64,000 nt of DNA. It comes from Fimicolochytrium jonesii. Taxonomy: Eukaryota. The DNA is taken from assembly GCF_025526975.1 (NCBI RefSeq), contig NW_026515673.1:682001-746000 (forward strand), written 5' to 3'. The position numbers and the translations under genes are program-made. Positions within the stretch are counted from its first letter, which is position 1; each line of letters starts with the position of its first letter. The notes below the pieces were generated by a model that ran no database searches, was not told the origin of the DNA, and saw only the letters and a program-made list of their open reading frames with translations. Below are positions 12,547-25,149 of the stretch, in pieces.

Positions 12547-13590
12547 TCACCACAGAGGGAGCGACGCCGGATGCTCATAATCCACATTCTGCTCTTTACT
12601 CTCAATGCGCTCTCCAGAAGTTCCAAACAACCGATCCCACAACCGGCAATGCTTCCCATAATTGAACGACTTTTTCCATCCGCGGCGATGATGCAAGTCA
12701 TGGTCCTCAATGACCAGATCCGCATCAAGCTGTCGGAGCAGCGGCCCAAATGGCGTGGGGGTGGTCGCGTGCAATCTCAAGCCGGTGTGGCCGGTAAGTT
12801 CGCTGAAGGTGACAAACTGGCCGCATATCCACCAATCGTAGAAGTTGAATGGAATGCCGACGACCGTAAGAGTGAGATACGCCATAAGCGGGATGACAAC
12901 GATGTCAAAGATCTCCTGCTCGGTGTCCGCGTAGAGCGACATGAGTGGGTTCGGGTGTTTGGTCAGGTGGTGGGTGCGGTGGTACTTCCATAGGGAGTCG
13001 GTGGTGTGCATCAGGCGGTGGTACCAGTAGAACCAGAAATCGAGGGCGATGCCGTAGCAGCCGACGGTCAGTGGCAGCCACGCCCAGTGCGGGTTGGGCA
13101 CGGCGTTGGAGCGGATGTCGTAGGTCAGCAAGGCGATGAGCATAGGTCGGAAGGTGCCTGTGCTGGAGAGCGAGCGCATAACCTTTTTGACACCAACATC
13201 GGGCACATCGTCGCGATCGTGTTGGTCACCGTCGAGAAAGCCGTATATGTTACCGATCCGACGGAGGACGTGTATCTGATTGATGCCGATGGCTTTGAAC
13301 CACAGCGAATAGTATATGAACACCGCAAAGACGTGCCACGGCTTGCCGGTGTAGGACACAACGGCGTACTGCAGGGCGAGGGGAAGTAGCGCACGGGACA
13401 GGATCCAGCGATACATGTACCAGTCAGGCAGGTAGGGTATCTTGTCGGTCTTTTGGTGTTTCGGAACAGGTTTGTCGTTGCGGGATGCAGGTAAGATATC
13501 GAGGAAGACGAGGGTTTTTTGATGGAAGTTCCATGTTGAGCGGTCGGTGTATCGCCAGGTCGACTTCATGGAGTTCTTTTCGTTGATCAT
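12547..13590 (-). CDS. Fatty acid hydroxylase / sterol desaturase superfamily protein, intronless
   Basis: Histidine boxes YHRLMH, HRTHH and HDLHH, plus NYGK..LWDRLFGT and hydrophobic segments. Likely ATG at 13590 (MINEKNSMKSTWR). Confidence 0.88.
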   Translation of the reverse strand: MINEKNSMKSTWRYTDRSTWNFHQKTLVFLDILPASRNDKPVPKHQKTDKIPYLPDWYMYRWILSRALLPLALQYAVVSYTGKPWHVFAVFIYYSLWFKAIGINQIHVLRRIGNIYGFLDGDQHDRDDVPDVGVKKVMRSLSSTGTFRPMLIALLTYDIRSNAVPNPHWAWLPLTVGCYGIALDFWFYWYHRLMHTTDSLWKYHRTHHLTKHPNPLMSLYADTEQEIFDIVVIPLMAYLTLTVVGIPFNFYDWWICGQFVTFSELTGHTGLRLHATTPTPFGPLLRQLDADLVIEDHDLHHRRGWKKSFNYGKHCRLWDRLFGTSGERIESKEQNVDYEHPASLPLW

Positions 13591-13856
13591 GCTGGGCACT
13601 TGGGCACTGCTTTCTCCGAGTCTTACTCTGAAAGGTCGATGCTGAGTTGACTGAATTTTGCGGGGCGAGAGAGAGGCCTTGCGGGAAGAGCTTGGAGGTT
13701 CTTGGCGAAAGTCACCTGCATGCCAACGCGCGTGCAAACGGACCGTGGGTGACGTGGGCAGTTAGTTCTCCATTGCACGAGGCACGAGGACAAACGAGGA
13801 CAAAAAGCAAGGCCAAAGTAATCCCACCTCCAACAACCCTTCCACAGGCAGTCAGA

Positions 13857-14827
13857 ATGGCAGACGGCTCAGACTCAGACTCAGACTCATTCGGTCCCGC
13901 ACTGCCCCCACACCTGCTCGCCCGAAAAAAACAGAAAACTTCTTCCTCGCCACCGCCGTCGACATCACAACCACGTCCGTCCGCCGGACCTCGTCGTCGC
14001 AATGAGGTCGCAGGCCCTGCAATGCCGCCACCAGGGGCCACTTTTGGACGGCCTCCAGTAGACAGCGAAAGCGACGACGACGTGTTCGGTCCAGTTCCTC
14101 CGGCCCCACTGGAGAGCGGCACAGCTGACGAAGTAGCGGAACGCATTGCAGAGATCGAGGCGAGAGTGCAGCGGGCGAGGGAAGAGGAGGAGGCTAAAAA
14201 GACCGAGAAGCCGAAGCGAGGGGATTGGATGTTGGTGCCGCCAGAAGCGTACAGGCTTTTACCGTTCGGTATGTCCCGTTTGGCAAAGAGCTGTTGCTGA
14301 GCATCCGCTAAGCAAAACCCTCCTGACACAGCCGGTGATAAGATGATGAAATCGAGACAGTTCAGTAAGAAGGCAGTCGCTGCGGATGTAGATCAATCAG
14401 GATGGACAGAGACGCCACAAGACAGAGCAAAGGGATCTGCAGAGAAACGAAAGCGCAGGCCAGATGATGAACCGCGGTTACCGACCCAGGAAGAGCTGGA
14501 GACTCAGGAATTCATCAAAAAGCATAATGTAAGGAGCTCCCTATCCCATCGTCCTTTCACGAGGGATCATTCAAACTCACTTTCCCTCTATCGCATCACC
14601 CACAGGAAAAGCACCGCGGCGCCTCCCTCATGAACAGCCACTCGACCGCCTACCTCAAAGCCAGCAAATTCGAAGAAGAAGACGTCAGCAAGCGTAAATT
14701 CGATCGCGAGGTAGATATGAAGGTCGGCGGCGCGCGGAAGATGGACTCAAAGACGCGTGCGAGTATGGTCGATGAGGCGAGGAAGCTAGATACGAAGTTT
14801 AGTCATGGGAATAAGACCTTCCTATGA
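13857..14827 (+). CDS. GPALPP1: GPALPP motif-containing protein (DUF3752)
   Basis: FGPALPP, GPAMPP, FGPVPP, RGDWMLVPP, WTETP, RKFDREVD, LDTKFSHGNKTFL*. Two introns. Confidence 0.85.
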
Positions 14828-15740
14828 TTTGATGTGTTCCCTACGTTCGCGCAAGGGGGAGTTCGATTCGCATCGCGGGAATTCTATTGCAGGAGGGTCA
14901 CAGATGAACACGGCCGGCAACAGCGTAGCATTTTTTCTGAACGACGTTTATCGTCATACATCACCCCCCCACCATCGACCGACTGGGAAAAGATTCCGGC
15001 AACGAGGGGTCCCATGATACTTCAATTGACATGCAAGGGAAGACCGCTACAAGGTCCGACTGTCCGCAATCAGAACCCGATGCGCAACCCCCGCGCAACC
15101 GCAACTTGCGTCAACCCGACAGCCCGGCACTCATCGGCGTATCCCGGACCATTTTGGGGAGTGAGACGCGGCTGACCGATACATGCTATCACATGGTTCG
15201 TAGTGGAAGACCGGCGTGGGGCAACCTATACAATAACCTGGAAACGAATGGTGTGTTTATGAACATACCCTCATAGAATAGATGTTATGCAAATCAAGGC
15301 ATCTTTAACATTGGCTTTTCTTGAAACTTGATCCTTTAGCTTTCCACAAAATAGAATTTTCTATTCACAGAAATGCCCCGTTACTCTCGTGCGCTGCGCA
15401 GTACATATACAACCCCAACTGGGAACGGTGAAGCCCCTCCCTATCATCCAAATCCAGTGACACCTTGCGCTCGGTGCTCAACCCTATTTGCCATATACGG
15501 TGCAAGAATTTCACGCCGTTATGCTTTGGGCTACGCTAAGGCGTCAAGAGATGCAGCTGTACACCGTGTAAGGTCATAGAAAACGATGTCGGGATGTTCC
15601 GGGCACGCTCTACAACGCGGGAGCATGGTGGCTCGTTCAATCGAGGAGTGGTCGGGTGGGTATGACTGGCTTACAGATATGGCGAGGAACTCGCTGTTTT
15701 ACGCTCGCCGTATCCAATCGGCGCCGCGCGCAGCGCTCCC

Positions 15741-17322
15741 TCACCGCATAGCATTCTCCCCAAAATCGTTGGTGTTCTGTTCGGCGCTGATTATGCTCAT
15801 GCATCGCCATTCGTCAAGGAAGGATGCTGAATGATCGTCGGGGAGCGAGGAGCATGTTAATGACGCATATGGGATGAAACGCGGTGGGTGAAAGGAACGC
15901 TACCTTTCCATAATCGAACCTTCCCATCGTCCCCGCTGGACGAGAGGACTGTCCCTGTGACATTCCATTCCACACGCCACACCTACAGCAACTGCTTTCA
16001 GTATCCCACATCCTTGCACATGCGAAACGAAATATGTATCTACCTCAGCCGCATGATCACTAAAAGTCGCCACAGTCAAAACCCGAAACTTTCTCGCCGC
16101 CTTGGTCGCAAACCCCGTCGCAAACCCAGCGGCCCCTGTCGTCCCGCGTCCGCCCTCCTCGACCAATTTAAAGATGCGTACGCATTTGTCTTTGCATGCC
16201 GTTGCGATCAGTTGGTAGCTGCGTCCGACATTGGGTGCCCAGGCGACGTCGGTTACGACGTCGGTGTGGCCGGTGAGGACTTCGTGCGGGAGCCATTTGT
16301 TGTGTGGGTCTAGGCGATAGATCTGTGTCGTGGTGGGAGAGGCGTGAGTGAGCATGCTGGTGGTGGGGAGGGGTATTGAGTCACTGGGAGCGTACTATAC
16401 CTTGACGTACAATCCGTGCCCCACGGCCAGCATCTGCGGCTGGAAACGAGAGGGACACCAAGAAAGGCACATCTGCCCTTCCGGGTCTTTCGCGCCTGGT
16501 ACGACTTCTATGTCATCCTGCAGCACACTAAACGTCAACAACCGCCGCCGAGTCATATGAACGCAACTGATGAGCAGAAAGACCATACCATAAGCGTCCA
16601 GTGTCCCAACTGCATGACATCCATCGCCTCGTACATGCGTACGATCCCATCCGCACCACATGACGCCTGTAAGGTAATGGCTCAGATTCCGACAACTCTG
16701 CAGCTATGGTCGTTTCAGCCCTAAACATACGAATTTAAGCCCCAAATGCGTCGGCGCAAACTTGATATCTTGCACCGTCCCTTTACTATCCGCCAACCGC
16801 GCCTTCTCCGCCCATCGCCGTCCGCCATTCTTGGCTTCTACGTTCCCCAAAACGCGCCAGGTGAGGACCAGCATGTACCGCCTCGAGCCCCAAGTGTTGT
16901 CCAACCCACCCTGATCTTGCTCCTCCCATACGCGGATAGTCCGATCAATCGAGCACGTTGCAAATACCTGCCCGTATTCGGGGTGTGCCCACGTTATTCG
17001 GAGGACGCTTGAATCGTGGCCCTGTTCGTCCCATGTCAGCAAACGCCGGTGTAAGGGCTTGTGCATGAGCAGTCTCTACCTTCCAGCTATCATTAGGCAG
17101 CCATTCCCCTGTTTCGTCGTCGTAATCCCAGACTTTGATTTTTTGGTCTGATGAACAGGTCTACGAGAGGAGAGGGGAAGTCTCAGTTGAGCACTCGGCA
17201 ACGGGTTGGGAAAAGGTCGAGTTCGAGCGGCATCTTACCGCCAGCCGCTTGCCATAAAAGTCGTATGCCACGTCGTGGATGAGGTCGTCGTGGCCTGCGG
17301 AGAACTGCTTGACTTCGTTCAT
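15741..17322 (-). CDS. SEH1: Nucleoporin / SEA-GATOR2 subunit Seh1 (WD40), multi-exon
   Basis: [89 protein letters not shown]. Confidence 0.93.
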
Positions 17323-17588
17323 GACTGTAAGTGAAGCTGCTGCTTCGCTGCTCTGCAATGCAATGTCGAAGTGACTTTCTATGGTGGGAAGAACCACCAT
17401 ACGCGTCGATCGAAGCCCGGCACATTTTTTGAGGGGTCCCATAACCCAACCAAAAACAACTCTGTTCCTCTCTATCTACATCAATATCTGCAATATATAT
17501 GCATGCGAACGAGACGCTTCCTATATGTACATATTTACAATGTGCTTCCTTTTCCGCTTTTCTTCGAAGTTAACGACGGTGATACCAT

Positions 17589-18881
17589 TCATGTTTCGGT
17601 TGCTGGCGGAGCAGATTCAGTTTTTCCATCTGAGACTGCTTTCATCTCCCTGACCAGTTGAAGGACTGCGATATGAAGCGGGTGAGGAGTTGATGACATC
17701 GGACAACAAATAATAAAGAATGCGAAAGGGATAAATCAAGAAACGGGAACGTACCGCCTCTCAAGACCTCCACATCCGTCAACTTCGGTCTTTGCCCTGC
17801 ATCCGTTTCTTGATTCCGTAGAGAAACCGGCAGTTCGGCCCTCAACTCATCCAACAGCCCGCGCATGGTCGACCGCTTGCGCTGCTGACGAAGCACATGT
17901 ATCTGCCTTTGAACTTCCTCCGTGGACGGTACAACGGCGCTGGAGACTGTGGAGGATGTTGTGCGGCGATGGGTGGAGCGTGCCGGGGTTTGGCTGGATC
18001 GTGGTGGTGGGAATGGGTGAAGCTGGAGGCCTGATGGGTGGAGGAAGGGTGCGTTTGACGGTGGGGCGGAGGCTGAGAGTGTTCTAATAAGCGGGATGAA
18101 CCGAGTTAGCTTCAACGTTTTCAGAAATGCATCCCGTAAACCCATAGCTCCCTCCTAACCACGAAACCACATACCGAGCCCGCCTTGGTCGCGCATGAAC
18201 GACAGCCGGTGCACTCGGCTGCTGACCGACTCTCAGATCCGTCAGTCCCGTCGCGTTCATCGTCCCCGTATTCATCGAACTCGAGAACCCCATTATTGGC
18301 GGCGAGAACATCGGATGGGAATGTCGATGATGCACGCCCTCCATGCCCGGAAGCACAAAGTAGGCGTCATGATGATGCTGGAAGTGGGGGTAGCTGGCGA
18401 AGTTGCTGACAGGGGAGAGTGGGGAAAACCGCATGTTGGGGTCGGGCAGCGTTTCCGAGTTTGTGAATGCGTTTGCGTTTGCGTTAGCGGGTAGAAATTG
18501 AAACTCGTCTGGCATGGGCGTGCCCGAATCAATGGCGTAAGTATTGTCAAAGTAGGCGCCAGCGCTTACATCGTACCCCGTACGGAGAGATCCTAGTCTG
18601 CCGGCCTGCTCAAAGGCATGCATCGTGCCCCTGCCAGGCCCGACCGGAAAGTGGTGCCAGCCCCAGTAGGGACCGTTGTCCTGCTGTTTAAAGTTTCTGG
18701 AGCTCTCAACCGTTGAAGGCCTCGATATCTGCGATGGGACAACAGCCGAGACCGTCGATAACCGAGCGGTTAAGGGCATGCGCAGGTCTGGTTCCATTCC
18801 GACCTGTACGTCGTAGGATTCGAACATCTCGTAGTTGGTGTCGGTAGCGACACCATGTTGATTCTCCGGGATGAGGCTCAT
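17589..18881 (-). CDS. C-terminal bHLH transcription factor (divergent)
   Basis: RQIHVLRQQRKRSTMRGLLDELRAELP..KLTDVEVLRG|VLQLVREMK has basic-helix-loop-helix spacing, preceded by a long low-complexity N-terminus. Start is uncertain. Confidence 0.65.
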
Positions 18882-20364
18882 CTCCTCAGTTACGGTGACT
18901 GGTAGGCCATGCGATAGGTCTGTCGAGGACGTACACCAGCGTTGGGTGATGTTACTGCTTCCGCAGGATTGGGCGAATTGCAATACGAACAAGCAGATTC
19001 ACCGTGATATTCTGCTCTTTGTGTCGATGAGGGTATAAGGGTAAAAGATGGAAGCAGTTGCTATATTCCTCTGAAGGCGTCAATGCCTTGCCAAACCCTT
19101 CGATCCAGCGTGCAAACGCACGGACGCTCTGTCAAATGCGGGCGGAGACTTTGCTCTGATATAGAAATTGTGCGCAGGTGAGACGATTCTTTTTCTGCAG
19201 AGACTGGAAGGCGAACAAATCCAATCCGCGTCGGAGACATAGCCGACAACATACGCAGTGCGCCGCAACGATAAAACCTTCCAACCCTGTTAGCTCTCCA
19301 TAAGCTACCACTACTCCTGCGGCCGACCGCCCCTCCATCGGCTGGCATTGGGCAAAGGATGTCTCCGGTTCGGTGCGCCCATTTCCTGTCAGGCCTGTAA
19401 GCGTTGGTTTCGGGTCCCCGGCATTGACCAAAAGGGGATTATTCTGTGAGTTCACGACGCCTACCGCACGCGAAGCCGTGTCGGGTAGCCTTCTGTATCC
19501 CATGTCCTTTGCCCAGCCGCAGGGCCCGTGCCTTTACAGCATTGGCCACGGTTTTTTAGCGACCCCGTCAAAAAATCGCGCCGCGGGACCTTCGAGTACC
19601 AATTTGTCGGGTTGGCGTTTGTCTCGGAAACCACGTTCCTGGGATTTTTGAGATTCTCACCAAATGCACCCTCCCCAGCTCCTGCTCCGCCGCCTCTATA
19701 CGCATAGCTCTTGTACGTTGAGACAGGGTGAATCGTAACCTCAATTTAGAAATGTAACATGTTGCAGCTTGTAAGCAGCGGACAGAAATCTCCGACAGAA
19801 ATCTCCTTCCCAAGAAGAGGATTGAAATTCGGAAAACGTTCGACAGGGTGGTCCGACGTATCATCCAAAACTGAACAATATTCTTTCTTAGCTCCGTGAT
19901 GCAGGACTTTGGATGGGCGGCTAATGCTGGGATGTTTCCGACGCAGATGTATCTGGATTTCCCGGTAGCTTTGTCGTGCTGCTTATACCCATCGGAACGT
20001 AAAACCAGCCCTGATGTCTCACCTAGGTGGTGTGCCGGCAAGGGGCTTCAGTATCAAGATGCCCGTTACTCGTTATTCGGCCAAAAGGACAACCTCGCGC
20101 TTGCACCACAATGATGAGGCTGATTAAATCGGCCAGAATCGCCCTCTTCACGGAAACCGGTGGTTTGCCGCCTGCGCATACGCCGAAAAAACAGAGGAAC
20201 TTATTGATATGATGATGAGCTAGGCTGAAAAGCCTCAGGCTAGCTTCCGTATCGACTTGAACTGATCCCAAATCGCCCGATGTGGCTTGATCTCAAAACA
20301 ATACATTTACATGAAAAACTTCTTCAAATTCCAAAAATGTGATGCGCTCCATCTAGCCCTCCGG

Positions 20365-21389
20365 TTACACCGTTGCCTTCGCCTTTTCGATGACCTGTTC
20401 AGCGCTGATTTTGTTCTCTTCGCAGGAGCTGTCTGATTCCACCTCGACCCACTTGGCTCCCTTCGTATTTGTTTCCGCTGCAGGTTTGATGACCTCCTCA
20501 TCATCCTCCTCCTCCTCCTCACTACTATCGTCCGAATCTTCAGGTCCGGATAGGTCATCCCTAAAGAGCCGAGTCGTATGAGCATGTGTCCGGAATTCGA
20601 CAAGGTTATATGTCTTTGAGCACCTACCACTGTGATAGGTCCGCCGCCGGCTTGACCGTCACCTTCTCCACATTCTTGACCTTCAGGGCCGCGCCCACCG
20701 GAGCATTTTTCAGCGCTTTCACGACGGCGTCCTGGATATCATCCATCACTTCCTCATGGTTTTTAACAAAATCTGGATCGTGGAACCGAATCTTTCGCTT
20801 CTCAGGCTCCTGCAGGTCCTTCTCCAGCTTTTGGATCAACTCCTCTTGCCGTTTTCGTTTGCGTTCAGGTTCTTTTTCAAGATAGTCTGCAAGTCTGTTC
20901 GAAGATGACGATTAGACACAGTACATCTTCCGTACAAACTATGCGACGACAGACTTACTTTTTGGCATCATTCATGGTCTTGAGCCGCCTTCCCGACAGA
21001 TCCCTACACGCTTCAAAATTCGTCGTCTTTTGCGACGCCATTTTTCCACCCTGTGCTCTCAACATGCTCCCGAATCCTCCTTTCCCGCCGGGAACCCTGA
21101 CCAGCAGGTTGAAAACTAGTGGAAACCGTCCCGCCTCGGCGCAGTCATTTCCATCCTCGAGGTCGTTGTGAGGGAATAGAGGCAACTCATCAGAGACGGG
21201 GCGACCACCTTCGGTTGTTAAGAGCTGGTCGGTGGGATGTAACGGAAGCACAGATGAGATCTGGTTCTTCAGATCTTCCACAGTAAGCTGCTTCCTCTGA
21301 TTGACGGACCCGGCACCGGAGTCATCAGAAAGCTGTAGACAAAGCGGCTGCAGGCCGGCAAAGAGGTTGACGACGACTTGAGTAGGCAT
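20365..21389 (-). CDS. SDE2: Sde2 splicing / replication-stress factor with N-terminal ubiquitin-like domain
   Basis: [39 protein letters not shown] signature. Three exons. Confidence 0.93.
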
Positions 21390-21668
21390 TGCTGAGAGGA
21401 GTTTCGAGAGGTTGAAGGTCTTCGACGGTTGGAGCTTTCAGACTAAGAACTTCAGGTTGAGAAGAAGCCAAGTCAAGCCGGGAAGTACACAGCGGAATGT
21501 CAGCGCCGGTTATGTCCACTTACTTGTCTTAAATCGGAGGATGATTTTATTAAATCCCATTTTCTGAGTTTTCTGGTCGTTTCTCGTTTGACCATTTCGA
21601 CGTGATATGTTACTTGATATTCGGCCCAACCCGCAAAGTGGTCCAACAACGAATTCGCCACCGCCACC

Positions 21669-22972
21669 ATGAAAGTAAAGAGGCAAAAAACCAATAGGCG
21701 GCATATGAACGTCTACACCCACTCATATGGGTTCAGAGAGCCATTCCAAGTGCTAGGTACGTGGTGTCATTTTATCAGATAGTGGATTATCTTTGGGAAA
21801 CATGACTGTGACGAGAAGTCGAAAGCAGAGACCTCCTCAAAAGTATTCCTATGGCATGTCTCGCAAAGGCTCACTCTTGTTATTCCTTGACTACGTAGTG
21901 GACGGCAACTTTGTAGCTGTAGCTCTGCATATGAAAACCGACCTAAACGAAGCCTTGGGCCGAGTGCTGACAGGACCAGCAAGAGCAAGTAAGAAGCTCC
22001 CTTTCACATCTCTTTCATAGACTTTCGAATTGATCAAGCGAGTCTCCAGTGACGACAGCATGCGTCCAAGCCGAACTTCGCACTCTAGGGCGGGACTTTT
22101 ACGCCGCGCTTGAGTCTGCGCGCTCCCTCGAGCGCCGTCGCTGCACACACCCACCACATGCGCCTGTGGCAGCAGCGCAGTGCATTGCCGAAATTATTGG
22201 AGAAACGAACAAACATAATTATTGCGTTGCGACGCAGGATTTGCCGTTGAGGAGCAAGCTAAGAAAAATTCCGGGAACCCCACTGATCTATATCAACAAG
22301 AGTGTGGTGATCCTGGAGCCGCCCAGTTTAGCGACAACCGAGTGGGTCAAGGAGGTACGTACGTCCTCTTCCATTACTGAGATGTAGCGCCTCTCATTCC
22401 AGCATTGGAACGTTGCAAAACTCATATAAACTACCTTGCAGATGGAAAAGAAGAAGACACTTCCCCAAGCATTCGAAGTATCTGTCATCAATAAACCGGC
22501 GGAACCGGAACCCGAACCACCGAAGCGGAAGAAGAAGGCCAAGGGCCCCAACCCCCTCTCTGTAAAGAAAAAGACGAAGGAAGAAAAACAGGCTGATGCG
22601 GCCAAATCTGCCGCGAAGGCGAAATCGAAGGTCGGCGATGGGAAAGCGGGGTCGAAAAGGGTCGCTGGGAGCGAGGAAAAGGCGAAAGGGGGTGAGGCAG
22701 GAGGAGAGGTTGATGGTATAGACGGCACAGATCCCGGGGCGAAGGCGGTAACTGAGAAAGACAGCACGACGGATGCCACGCCAGTCGTAGGAACCAAAAG
22801 GTCGCGAGACGCAGAGGAGAGCGAAGCGGCGTCAGCGAAACCCAGGGATGCTCAGGCTGAAAACTCCTTTGAGAGTGTGCCGAGGAAGAAGAGGAAGCAC
22901 AAGCACAAGCCACGTGCACTGCGGAGGGCTGAGGGAAGCGCAACGGCTGGTGTCGCGGAATTGGCAGCGTAA
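21669..22972 (+). CDS. UTP23: rRNA-processing PIN-domain protein Utp23
   Basis: MKVKRQK..YGFREPFQVL|VDGNF, CV..EL, ERRRCTH, YCVATQD..LR..LRKIPGTPL, KGPNPLSVKKK. Divergent from SDE2 across about 280 bp. Confidence 0.93.
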
Positions 22973-23315
22973 GAGTAGCGCAAGAGAAGAGTAGCGGAAG
23001 TCAACGTGGAGCAGTTTGCGTAGATACGCATTTGCGCATTTTTTGGCGATAGAAATCCTGGTACCATAGCCGTCGTTCTAGAATCTAGAATTTATAGCGT
23101 TTGTCGGTTCCGGCATTTAGTGTCATAGAACACTTTGTGAATGGCACGAAACAGCGCTGCGTCTAACCACGGAAGACTGCTGGTATTGCTAGTACTCCTT
23201 TCCGCTTCTGCACGCAAGTTTGCAGGCCTGTTACTTGGATATTCCCTTACCCCGTGACTATATACATAGTCTGTCTTGGCCAATTTAGGTGAGTCGATAC
23301 GTAGGTGTTCGTCGG

Positions 23316-24863
23316 CTACGAAGGGCCACCACCACCCCCAAACCGATTCTGCGCCATCTGCTTGAACATCGCCATTGTGGCATCCTCTTTGGCGGCGTAC
23401 GCTTGCACCTTGCCCGCCATGGCACTCGCCTTCTCATCCCTGAACGCGTTTCGCCGCTCCTCTCGCCGCGCCTGCTGTCTCCGCACGGACTCTAAACTCG
23501 TGTCTCCCGCGCCACGACTACCTCCACCCAGTAGATCAGCGTCGTTCAATTCAACATCAACATCGCGCTCTTGCTTGTGGTAAGCATTCTGTGCTCGACG
23601 TTTCTCGATTTGCGCTTCTCTGTGAAGAAGGCAAGACGTTAGTGTCCGAACGACCGCCGTAACATACAACGATGTATGGCTCCCACCTTCCAGTTGCTTT
23701 GGGCAAGAGCTCGTCCATCACAACCTCATTGTTCTTGCGCATGTCCCGATTTTCACGACGTTGTCGATTGCGATCGTCTTCTTGGCGGTCCAAATCTACA
23801 AGCAGCGCAGCCAGATCAATCAGCGATCGTCCAAGCGCCAATATGTCATGACGGTAGGATGTATACCATTGTCGCGTTCTAAAGCTGTTCTGGCCCGTGC
23901 CGCTTCAGTGTCGCACAATCCGATTAGTCAAATAACCCGCAAATACGAGGACGTCGCCTCCGTCGGCGGCCCTTACCAATGGCATTGCTCTTAGCCTCCT
24001 CCCTGGTCATTGGCCGATTGAACAGCTGCGATGATTGTGTCAGCGAGTCGACGGAATCGCGGGCGCTCACTAGCTCTTCCTGAGCCTACAGGATCGTGAC
24101 GATGGTTGAGTTTCCTCGCCCTGCGATAAGAGAGTTCTTCTCAAGCCTTACCAGATTTTTGAACTTCCATTGGTGCTTCGTACGATCCGCCGCCGGAACT
24201 TCGGACGAGGCGATTCCTTCGTAGTACTTTTCTTTTGACGAACATGTGCACAGATCGTGAGAAAAACGGTTCTCTTGAAGCCGTTTTGCACACATCATTG
24301 ACCCAATGCACAAACTCGTCTCTGTTCCCAAGGACCTCTTACGTACTATCGAGTTTTCCCCTATTCCAGCGCTTCACAAACTGTCGGTCCGGGAAAGAAG
24401 TAGACCATATGAAAAGTTCAGTAACAAGACTCCTCTTCGTGCTAGGAGATCCTGCCACCCCTCTAACCTCCCGACTGGTCCCCATGCACACCTTTTCAAA
24501 CAAGCTCCTCGCCTCCTTTCCACTCAACTCCTCAAAATACTGCTTCTTCTCAAGCCGCAGCCACGTTTGGAATTCGGTCGACTTCGCAAAATAATCGTCC
24601 TCGCTTAACTTTCTCTGTCCATGTCGCTTCGCCTGATCATCGTCCTCCGATTCATCTTCGTCGTTCGATCGCTCTTCCCGTCGCTTTGACTTTTTCTCAC
24701 TCTTTGATCTTCGCGACTTCTCATCGTCGCGGGAGGACGACTTATGGTCCCTGTTCGACTTCTTGCGGGATTTTGAGTCGTGCTCCCGGTCTGAGCCGGA
24801 ATCATAGCCTGGAGAGGTATATCGGTCCGACCGCCGGCGCTTGGATGTCTCCGTCGTACTCAT
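23316..24863 (-). CDS. Conserved nuclear RS/K-rich protein (style cell-cycle inhibitor 1-like), multi-exon
   Basis: LSEDDYFAKSTEFQTWLR..K..YFEELS..AR.LF|FVKRWNRGKL, RTKHQWKF, DELLPKATG|REAQIEKRR, TMAMFKQMA. Confidence 0.7.
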
Positions 24864-25149
24864 GGTGCTTTCGATTTTGGGATGCGGTAGGAATTGCCGA
24901 CTTATGTGTAAGCACTCCGTCAACTGGGGCACATCAAAATGAGAAAATCATGACTAGGGTGTTGTAGAATCTATTAAATATTTACAAAGGGACAAGAAGA
25001 ATAATGCGAATGCTGAATAAATCACGAATGCAGACGGAACGGGTAGAGTGTAGCGTGCACTCTGATGGAGGGGTGAAACAATCGCTTCGAAACGGCGGGA
25101 ATGTCTCAAGCAGTAAACAAAATGGATGAGAGGCATTGAGGGAAGGGTT

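Noticed and set aside
14834..15720. Short ORFs between the GPALPP1 and SEH1 3' ends
   Set aside because: No identifiable homology or structure.
19061..20280. ORFs between the bHLH gene and SDE2
   Set aside because: No recognisable family, so probably promoter or spurious frames.
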